Part shown: piece after piece, positions 12,701 through 21,746 of the stretch
Layout: each line of letters begins with the position of its first letter
How positions within the stretch are numbered: position 1 is the stretch's first letter
From: Calcarisporiella thermophila CBS 279.70
Lineage: Eukaryota > Fungi > Calcarisporiellomycota
Reading direction: 5' to 3'
Length of the DNA: 64,000 nt
Assembly (NCBI RefSeq): GCF_041956535.1
Contig: NW_027192192.1
Span: 871,796 to 935,795 of the forward strand
The notes under the pieces: generated by a model
What the model was told of the DNA's origin: nothing
What the model saw: only the letters and a program-made list of their open reading frames with translations
Database searches by the model: none
Translations under genes and position numbers: made by a program

Positions 12701-13188
12701 CCGCAGGATCAGTCACATCCGGGGCCGGAAAGCGCAAATTGAATAAAATCATGAGCAAATTTGCAGCGTTAGGGCAAGCGGTACGCACCGGTGGCAAGCA
12801 GATGGAGATGTCCCTCGAACGCCGTAACTGGAGCCTGGTTAATCTTTCTCGCAAATTTTGGCAAGCCGAGCCGTCGAACCGAGTCGATGCATTTTTGGGA
12901 GATGTACACGGGCAAAGCGTGTACTCCACAATGGATGAGTATGAAGAAGATGAGCTAGAAGCGGATGAGGTTGGCTATTTGGCACGGCGACGGGCACGCA
13001 AGGCTGGTGTACTAAGGACACTTCGACCCTCTGCTTCGTCCACTTCCTTGCATAAACAAGCGATGAAATCTCACCGTAAGAGGCCTCAACCTCTTCCTTT
13101 AGCGTCTCAGTCCATGTTTGTGGATCGGCTGTCCCCACGAACGCTGTCACCCACAAGCCCTCTGCCCACGAGTCCATTATCAGTGTAA
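9706..13188 (+). CDS. Uncharacterised 1160-aa protein, largely intrinsically disordered
   Basis: Single uninterrupted 3.5-kb ORF. Acidic tract, Ser/Pro-rich and Arg-rich segments. Flanked by pyrimidine-rich promoter and T-rich 3' region. No confidently recognised domain. Confidence 0.85.
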   Translation: MASGSTVYERTLPVTLDLLYEREDDEDSSDYDYQSSLPPPSAYPGAHHSFTRREKHLSATSIEYIILLTNYKLAQLACSPPTSDSMRRRLLTKGFLNATYSLPHFFTFGTPLRTWRFVGEEAMVIPVDSNIEDIINEFAIAYEQRRQLMQLEFERANSDPHRPMSSAEIARYFLSVGEIDFDKEEGTERDDIEEDIQEEEKEAGNEGEMDDEEDDEYEVLWGMARQIQFDTCRSSTNSNNNTKEAPGKEENTRYAPPHCPLPDIPPSSPASADKSEPAEPEETEDSAISTKLQDAEVSGQKADIALLAQIIQNMNPKMPSHRTVVIHPMESHAKPEALSTQQPSVNITSAGPLSPESKTPKVSQSTRSITLYPPKDNHTALNLLTAAKKPTTPPDSPSSPLSFNSAPNSPTFSPPSISTNHSSSPTSPRSLSAQRTSSVLDLELPFLRNLCNVMFQGDMGPPAPLEQASERANEMEVEDEVPCRQKTFRKSYLNSKELPPIPSLQDEIVAAIARADQGHDFLNRRKSTGGANDSAPTLDFDLNNLFDMKFNVDIDSRWRELSLSERMAVADAAVAAAKAAGRMTSDGELERRISSEVRRELQKSMKQRSVSIDKIDPDLPSPLGISCTGIPCFPNLSRFSSHSYSSTMSSNTLKSLPEITNHAPTNLDTAIRVAASIRAKRNSSRKTRTSEMMVDFRRSAITERRPSGASIGEFSSAFQIAYDKEKADAESTARSETNIESTQVPLELPKLPEIRIFGESEKENDWLVWMEAMDTGESGKQLDKVEENEVRKKAEQEVKEQKHEPTSAKSKQRDSADKKDDKNLAELSLLPEICVSGDEKNQAWMSWVESEDAVNSSRSQQQLKRNSLSKQRPLSPTAPQEDPIAEVPPPPPPKDPEHLARLRARAHRNMQQLPARTSSANPAVKRRISRTNSVRRKYGHSTMGHTLSAAEKRNSRILNATVTPYGEESSPNPNPMHRSRRPRRRTSFASSITSLATSTAGSVTSGAGKRKLNKIMSKFAALGQAVRTGGKQMEMSLERRNWSLVNLSRKFWQAEPSNRVDAFLGDVHGQSVYSTMDEYEEDELEADEVGYLARRRARKAGVLRTLRPSASSTSLHKQAMKSHRKRPQPLPLASQSMFVDRLSPRTLSPTSPLPTSPLSV

Positions 13189-14240
13189 TGGCAAGCCCCT
13201 TTTAAGTTATGCTTAATTTTCATTTGCATTTGTTCCTTCAACAATGGGAGACTGGAGATCTTGTTTATTGTAATTGAATTGAATTTATTTTATCTTTCAA
13301 ATCGGTAATCAAAAGGCTAATTTTTTTTCTTCTTGTTTCTTTTCCTTTCTCTTTACTTTTATTTATTTATTTTTTTTACGATCAACCCAACAATAAACAC
13401 TGTAATTTAATTTCTTTGCTATATGCATTTCACAGTCAAAATGCACGCAGGATAAAGAATGGACACGAAAAAGCTAGTTCATAAGGAAGGATTGTTTTAA
13501 AATCATAAGACCATTCGCCCAAAAAAAAAGCATATCAATACAAGGTTGAAGAAACTTGGCAAGTTGTTAGCTTGCAAGGTCAGGTGAAGATGGTTTTTCC
13601 CTTGGAGCTTATTAAGGGTGACCGGGTGATTTGGGAATTTTTGGATTGCGTATTTGGGTGAGGTAAGCCTAAGCTATGATCACGATGATTCTATTACACC
13701 CGGTCAGAGCCTATTGAGAACTTGAACTTGATTTTGACAAGTAGAACACACCCAAAAAATTTTGCCTCCAAGAGCAGAAATGGAATCTCATCAACTGAAC
13801 TAACCTCCGGCCTCGTTCAATCATGAGTGGATTGCCCGATCTATAGTTTGATCCTGGCCGATAGCTGGTAGCATGACTCTACGCAAAGTATAATCTAGTT
13901 CGCACGCTGGGGACTGGAGGAGGCTTAAGTGGCAGAGTCACATGGAACCCAATTGTTTCTTAGGTGTCAAGATGATGTCAATCACAACAAGAGGCACAAG
14001 GTGTGTGTTTTATTTTAGATTTAAGATTATGGTCCATGAAATATAGACTTTGTGAGTTGTGTTGGGAAGGCTTTTAATCTCCTTTTAGATGACCTCGGGC
14101 CCTCTTCCTCCTTTTCCCCACCCCCTTTTTCTCCTTTATTCTTTTTCCAAAATAACGGCCCCCTTCACCTGTAAATATTCCGTCTCCAAATCTCCCAATT
14201 AGGCGCGTGTTGAACACTCCTTCAAAACGGGTTAGTTTAT

Positions 14241-14997
14241 ATGGCCATCCCATATATCCAAAAGGTTTATTCTAATATTCCTATCGAGGTTTATTTTCCC
14301 TCTTCTCATTCAATTTACCACTAATATTTCCTCTAGAAAAAAAGCTTTACGCCTATCGTCTTCTTTTATGATGAAGATGACAATGGCAAGCTAGACATGT
14401 GCAAGGCGAGGAATAACGTGATGCTGCTGCCGGAAGAGTTTATAAGCTGGCATAAGCAAAAGGTGGCGAACATGATCTATGAGAATAGTTTGATGTGGGG
14501 GCGGGTCATTAGTGCGTTGGCTGCGACTTCGAATACATCCCTACATCGAAACAATTAACCATGCTTTTGCTTTGGTAGGTTATGAAATGCACAAAAGAGA
14601 GTCCGAACTCGTCTACCTTCACTCCAAATCAGTGTCTCCCGAGTTTTCCCATCCTATTCATGGGATGGTCGACGCCCCTTGCAAAAGTCGCCGCGTACTT
14701 CCGCGGTCAACCACGGCTTATCTACGCGCCTGGCTTTGGGAGCACCGAGACCATCCTTATCCCTCTGCCGAGGAAAAAATGAAGTTTGCCCACGACACCA
14801 ACCTCACCCTTCAGCAGATCAACAACTGGTTTATCAATGCCCGTCGCCGATATTTAACGGATCGAAGAGGTTTCTTTGTGAAACGACCCCCAGAAAGCGT
14901 GAAATTCAAGGCGGGCAAGAAGCAGGGCGTAGACTCTTCTCTGATCACGCTCCTTGACATCCAGCAGCGAATCCGTATGCGAAATTTGTCCTTTTGA
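14241..14997 (+). CDS. TALE-class homeodomain transcription factor (Homeobox_KN), ~205 aa
   Basis: Exons 14241-14264, 14337-14511, 14579-14997 join in frame (618 nt). Homeodomain RRVLPRSTTAYLRAWLWEHRDHPYPSAEEK...LTLQQINNWFINARRR with the TALE PYP loop. Confidence 0.9.
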
Positions 14998-15489
14998 CTC
15001 CGGAGATACCTCCTGTATGAGACTGCCTCCCTGGCTCTCCAGGAAGTTGCTTAGGCTTGTACAAACTCGATAAAAATAAGAAAAAATGTACATGAAAGAG
15101 AGGTACAAACTTAGTTATTATGCCTGTTCTCATTCCAGGCATTTGCTACGTGTCTTCGACAAAACCTTGTATTTTATTTTTTCCCCTTAGGTGAAATATA
15201 CATATATGTATGTATGTATGTGTGTTGGACATATTGAGTAAAATTTCATGGAGAAAGTTGGGGTGCATCAAGTCGATAGAGCAGAGTGCTGCGCCTCAAA
15301 GAACAACAAAAAAATCAGACTCCGTCAACAATCGACGACGAGTGAGTTCATTGTTTTTTTTTCTCCTCGTTTCCGCGTTCATCATAATTGGCGCTGGTGT
15401 GCCGTTAGTTGCATAGATAAACTTGTCTGTTCGTTTGTGAGCAAGCGCTTCGTTAGTTGGCTTTTGTAAACACGAATACTGCTAGAAGA

Positions 15490-18400
15490 ATGGCCTGGCA
15501 ACCACAGCAACAAGGTCTAACGGAGCTGCTGCAACTGCTAAACCTAGCGGTGGCACCATCCAATGAGCGACAGAATGAAGTGCAGCAGGTATGTGCAAAG
15601 CTCGGGAGTCTTTTCGGGAGCCTTTAGGATACCTCGCTCTCAAGGCATCTGTTCCACCCAAAACTCAAAATTTTCGAAATGGCTAACGGATCTACCTCTT
15701 TGATGGCATGGGCTTTTATGCTATAGAGACTCGACATGTTCAATAAAATTCCTGACTATAGCTGCTATCTTATCTATATCCTTGCCAATCTAACGCAAGA
15801 GGATTCTTCAACGCGTGCCGTCGCTGGGCTACTACTGAAAAACAACATCAAGCATTTCGCACAAGAGCTTCAACCTGATGTCCTTGAGTACGTCAAAGCA
15901 ACAAGTTTGCAAGCGGTCGGTGATCCCGATCCCACCATTCGGGGAACCGTTGGCATCGTAATAACTACGCTTTTGGCACGCGTGGGCATTACTAATTGGC
16001 CCCAGGCGCTTAACACGCTGATGGCCATGCTAGACAGTCCCGATGTCAATGTGGTAGAGGTGAGTACTGCTCCGGCGTCAAAGCTTTAGATCTACCCGGG
16101 CCTCTGCAGTTTGCTGAATTTTCCTGCAATGTAGGGTGCTCTGGGCGCATTACAAAAAATCTGCGAGGACTCTACGCGGGAGCTTGATCAAGAGTTTGAC
16201 GGCGTGCGCCCTCTCAACTTCATGATTCCTAAATTCATTTCATTTTTCGATTCACCGCACGAGAAAACTCGGGTACTTGCCCTGCGCAGCGTCAATCAGT
16301 TTATATACGTCGGGTCACAGTCTTTAGCCGTACACATGGATGCTTACGTGGCGGGCCTCTTCAAACGGGCCACCGACCCAAGCTCTGAGGTGCGAGTTCA
16401 GGTGTGTCAAGCTCTCGTAGGGCTCATCGAGATGCGACCTGACAAATTGGCGCCCGAGCTCGGCAATGTCGTGGAGTACATGCTCTTTTCCACCCAAGAC
16501 GCCGACGAACAGGTTGCACTAGAGGCATGCGAGTTCTGGTTGGCCATTGCCGAGCAGGAGGAGATGCGCGAGCAGCTGCGCCCATTCCTCCCACGGGTGA
16601 TTCCCGTACTCCTTAAGGGGATGGTCTATACAGATATGGACATTGCCATGCTAGGTGGGGATGACGATGACGATGCCAACGTGCCAGATCGTGCAGAAGA
16701 CATTAAACCCCGGCACCATCGCGCCAAAACCCATGGGCACGAGCATGTAGAGGGGGCAGACACGACCGGCGGAGAACACCCATCGCACCGCGAGGAGGGT
16801 GAGGAGGACGACGATGACGTGGACGACGATTTTGACGACGAGGATGAGGATGATTTCGATGCTGAATGGAATCTTCGCAAATGCTCCGCGGCCGCACTAG
16901 ATGTGTTCGCCACCGTTTTCCACAACGATATTTTGGAGACGCTTTTGCCACTTTTGAAAGAGGAGCTGTTCAGTAGTGACTGGAAACACAGGGAATGTGG
17001 TATCCTTGCCCTAGGTGCGGTGGCAGATGGGTGTATGTCTGGAGTAGAGGCACACTTGCCTGATTTAGTCCCCTATCTTTTACAGTCACTGTCGGACCCC
17101 AAGGTAGGTTATGATTTCATTTGGCTGGGTTAACATCTAATAATCTATTCCTCTCTCCTCCCCCCTCCTCCTCTTCCCTTCCTCTTTTGACAACTAGCCC
17201 CTTGTACGGTCTATTGCCTGCTGGACACTTGGTCGCTACTCCCGCTGGTGTGTTGCTCAGACAGCCACTCCTGAAACGCGCCAGAAATTTTTCGAGCCTC
17301 TGCTCCAGAATCTGCTTCGCATGATTCTCGATAACAACAAGCGTGTACAAGAGGCCGGGTGCAGCGCGTTTGCAACGCTGGAGGAGGAAGCACTTGAGAA
17401 ACTGGTGCCATATCTTGACCCGATTCTGCGCACACTTGTGTTCGCATTCAACAAATATCAACACAAGAACCTCCTTATCCTCTATGATGCGATTGGCACC
17501 CTCGCCGACTCGGTGGGCGAGGCACTCAACAAGAAAGAATACGTGGAGCTATTGATGCCACCCCTGATCGAGAGATGGCAGATGCTTCCCGACGATGATA
17601 CAGATCTCTTCCCGTTGCTCGAATGCTTCACTGCCATTGCCACCGCCCTTGGCCTAGGATTCCAGCCATTTTCGCCCCCCGTCTTCCACAGGTGTATCAA
17701 GCTTGTGCATTCCACTCTAGTGCAGGACCAGATGCACAAGCAAAACCCGCAGGCCGTCGAGGAGCCGGATAAGGATTTCATGGTGGTGGCCTTAGACCTG
17801 TTGAGCGCCCTGGCACAGGCCCTCAACACAAGCATCGAAAGCCTTGTATCTCAAAGCCAGCCGCCTTTATTATCGCTGTTGAATGTTTGCCTTACGGTAA
17901 GCAGAGGGACGGAGTTGACCCTCGACGTCGGTTCAAGAACTCTTTTGGAGTCGGGGCGATTCATCTTCTTTCGTTTTCTTAGGATCCTGTGGCGGAAGTT
18001 CGGCAATCAGCGTATGCTCTCGTGGGTGATCTGGCCATATCCTGTTTCGGGCATATCCAGCCTTACCTCACGACATGGATGCCATGGCTAGTGGATCAAA
18101 TCGATCCTAAAGCGGAGCACAGCTCCGTGGTCAACAATGCGGCCTGGGCCGGCGGCGAAATTGCATTGCAATGGGGTCAGTGACTTGGGCTCACCCCTTA
18201 GAATCTTTTATTCCTGAGGATACTGACCGCGTGATTTTCCCCCTTTTTTTTCCTCTCCTCCATTCGTTCTTTTTTTAGGCCAAGAAATCCAGCCGTGGAT
18301 TCAGCCGATGCTCGAGCGCCTCGTCCCACTGATGACCAATGACCAGCTGCAACCCACGTTGGCGGAAAATGTGGCCATTGCCCTGGGGAGACTTGGTTAT

Positions 18401-18822
18401 GTCGCTCCGAACCTGGTCGCCCCTCACCTCGAGGTGTTCTTTGAGCACTGGTAAGAATGCTGACGTCATTTGGATAGGTGGCAAGTCCATCGTCAGAGGT
18501 ATTAACCCTTTGCTCCCTTCAACCCAATCCTTTGAAAATAAGGTGCCGGGCGTTGCGGGCCGTGCGCGAGAACAACGAGAAGGATTCAGCATTCCTCGGG
18601 TTGTGCGCTATGATACAGGTGAACCCACAAGGTGCTGCCAAAGGGATGGACTACCTGTTCGATGCGGTGGCGAGCTGGGAAAATCCGTCAGCTGAGTTGA
18701 ACGAGAAACTCAAAGGAATCATGCACGGGTACAAGCAAGCCATGGGTGCGGGGTGGGAACAATATATGAGTCGGATCCCGGAGGCGATGCGGAAGCTTTT
18801 CCTGGAGCGCTACGGCGTCTGA
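15490..18822 (+). CDS. KAP104: Transportin / importin beta-2
   Basis: Start [14 protein letters not shown]-like [19 protein letters not shown], acidic loop ([11 protein letters not shown]...DDD) followed by [29 protein letters not shown]-terminal ERYGV*. Several GT-AG introns. Confidence 0.95.
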
Positions 18823-18903
18823 TGGCCCTGCTGTTCCCCCGTCCTCCCCCTCTCTCCCCCTTCAATAAACTACAATATACAAGCGAATCCTATTCTGTCC
18901 CAA

Positions 18904-18989
18904 CCTATCCCACCCTATCCCTTCCTATTCTATCCTATCCTATCCTTTTCTATTCTATTCTATTCTATTCTATTTTATTCTATCTTATT
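18904..18989. repeat. Degenerate pentanucleotide microsatellite (CTATY)n
   Basis: ctatcc/ctattc units repeated, e.g. tattctattctattctattctatt, in the transportin 3' region. Confidence 0.8.
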
Positions 18990-19639
18990 GCTTTCCATTA
19001 AATCTCCTTTTATAAGAACTCGTGAGCAAATAAAGAGCAAATATCACCGAAGAGTCGCGTAATGTGGGAGGTGGCGGGGTATGGTGCAATAGGACGACCC
19101 AGAGGATCCATTGCGCCTCATGAGGGCTCTAGCGAGTGTTTCAGCTGGTGCGCGGGAGCTGTGAGTCCGCCTGAGCTTTTCATACAGCTTATTTTTTCGA
19201 TTCCAAGAGTCACGGTGACACCGCGGCTCTCTTGGACCCTTCGGTTCCGCAAGCATCGATGGTTGCCTGAAAGCTCGCGCCTTTTGCTATCGTCCGAATG
19301 TGGGACAAAGATAATGAATGACGAGCGGAAATGAATGCTACAGCAAGTGGCCGCTGATTGGCCGGGTCCCTTGAAAAATAAAAACTCATTTATTTGGGCT
19401 CTCTTCTTTCTTGTTCTGCTTGCTTTTCTTCTTTTCCTCTTTCCTCATTTTTTTTTCTCATTTCTTCTTGCACCATTTTTCTGCGCTTGCCCATCATCTC
19501 TTGCAATCTACCCTAATTTTCTTGCACATTCTTCATCTCTGGGCAACTCTCATCCCCTCACGCCTGATTTTATCCTAATTTCATACATTCAGTTTCATTT
19601 TCGCCTTTTTTCTTAATACTAATAATTCCCATCTTAATA

Positions 19640-21746
19640 ATGTCAACCGAACAAGATCAGACTATCCAACAGGAGGTGGCTGCTGACGCTCCCGTCGTGG
19701 AGAAGACCGTAACAGAGCCCCCCAAGGAGGAGACCCCCGCCCCCGCTGCTGAGGCCGCCGCCGCCGCCGCCAACGAGACACCCGCCCAGCAGCCCGCCGC
19801 CACCGAGGAAACGCCTGCTCAGGCCGAGGAGGCCAATGCCGCGGCCCCTGCTGAGGCCGAGGAGCAACCCAAGGAAGAGGAAGAGCCCGTGGAACCCATC
19901 ACGGCTGGCTACTTGCAGCGCCGTGGCCCGAAGCCCCTCCGCCTGTGGCAAAAGCGTTATTTCGCTTTCCGCGAGGAGGCATACCCTATCGAGCAGCTTC
20001 AGCTCATCCACCGCAAGAATGCCCGCAAGTTCACCCTGCCTTCTTTCTCCCCCACCGAGAAGCCTGCTCCCGCCCCCGCTGAGGGCGAGGCTGCCGCTGA
20101 AACTCCCGTCGCCCCCATCGCTAAAGCTGCCAAACTCTCCGGCTACGAGCTAATCAACGCGCCTCTGTTCTCCAACCTCGCTGCTGCCACTCAGAGTGGT
20201 AAGGGATTCCTCTTCGTGTACAAGTCCGAGACTGAGACGCTTCCCCTCGGCCTTATCAACCTGCGTGACGCCGAGGTTGAGCAGGGCAAGGCCAACGCCT
20301 TCAAGCTGACTACCAAGGAGCGGACTTATGAATTTTCCGCTTCCTCGCCAAAGGAGGCTAAGGCTTGGGTCCAGACCCTTCAAACTAAGATCGCTGAGGC
20401 TAAGGATGCCCCCATTGACGAGGAGTCTGAGGAGTACAAGAATGTCTATACTAACCTTGGTAAGTCCCCGTTTATGATTGTGCCTTTGACTCATGCCCGG
20501 AACGCCCTGGCTAACGCACTTTTTTTTTTGCTCCACTCCCTCAGTCCAACGCAAGGCTTTTCAGGTTGCCAAGCCTACCGCAGACACCCCTGCTGAGGCC
20601 GACGTGTTCTCCGGCGACGAGGGCGAGCCCGAGGCCGAGGGTGTGCAGAAGCCTGAGGGTGAGGAGGCCGCCGAGGAGATCAAGGACGAGAAGGTGGCGA
20701 AGCGCCGCTCTTTCTTCAATGGCTTGAGCTTCAACTTTGGCAAGAAGGACAAGGAGGCCGCTACCTCGCCGACAACCGAGACTGCCCCTGAAGCCGCCCC
20801 TGCCGCCGAGGCTGCCAAGGAGGAGACTGCCGAGGAGGCTGCCGCTCCGGCCGAAGGAGAGCAGGCCGCTGAGACTGCTGAGGCTCCAAAGACCGAGGAG
20901 CACCCGACTGGCAAGCCCAGCCGTCCGTTGAGCTTCGTGGGCACATTCAAGTTGTTTGGCAAGGGCAAGGGCAAGGGCACCGAAGCCGAGGCGAAGCCCG
21001 CCGAGGAGATTGGTGAGGAGCAGGAGGGAGAAGCTGCTCCAGCCGCCGAGGAGGAGGCCCCCGCTGCACCTGCCGCCGAAGAGCCCGCCGCTGGTGAAGC
21101 CGCCGCAAAGGAAGAGGCACCTGCTGCTGAGGCCACCAAGGAGGAGAAGGTCAAGCGCCGCTCTCTCGTGCTTGTGGACAACTTTGGACGCTTCTTCAAA
21201 AAGAAGGAGGCGACCAGCCCCGAGGCCGTTGAGGAGACCACGCCCGCTGCCGAGAGCGAAGAGGCTGCACCCGCAACCGAAGAGACCCCTGCTCCCGCCA
21301 CCGAGGAGGCCGCCGCTCCTGCTGAAGGTGAGGCCGCTAAGTCCGAGGACGAAGCTGCCGAGAAGAAGCACAAGCAACCCCTGCTTGGCAAGTTCTTCAA
21401 GAAGCCCGCCGAAAAGCCTGCTGAAAAACCCGCCGCCGAGGCTGCTAAGCCCGCTGCCGAGGGAGAGGAGGCCGCTGCTCCTGCTGCCGCACCCGAGGAG
21501 GGCAAGCACTCCGGTGGCGCTCAGCTCGGACGTCGTTTGACCAAGTTCTTCGAATCCATCGCCAAGAAGACCGAGGGCAAGAAGTCGGAGGAGAAGGCCG
21601 AAGAGGCTGCCAAGGCCGAAGACGAGGCCGCTCCCGCTGAGGCCGCTGCTCCTGCCGAAGCTGCTCCCGCCGAAACCAGCGAGGAAGCCGCCGCCCCCGA
21701 GAAGCCTGCTACTGAGGCTGCTGCTGTTGTTGAGGCTCGCGCCTAA
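19640..21746 (+). CDS. PH-domain protein with Ala/Glu/Pro-rich low-complexity arms (Meu6/PH_6-like)
   Basis: Exons 19640-20459 and 20545-21746. Split PH signature ITAGYLQRRG...LWQKRYFAF ... PLGLINLRDAEV...AFKL...RTYEFSASSPKEAKAWVQTL. Very strong GCC/GAG/AAG codon bias. Confidence 0.85.

Noticed and set aside
14241-14997. Homeobox gene as a mating-type locus
   Set aside because: No divergent HD2 partner, HMG gene or known MAT-flanking genes nearby.
17000-17007. GTATCCTT, a U12-type 5' splice-site consensus
   Set aside because: Lies within continuous, conserved transportin coding sequence (ECGILAL); no intron is needed. All introns I traced are ordinary GT-AG.
20541-21509. Long antisense ORFs (322 aa, 314 aa) and an alternative-frame Arg/Pro ORF over the PH gene
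   Set aside because: Shadow ORFs expected from GC-rich, highly biased GCC/GAG/CCC codons; low-complexity translations.
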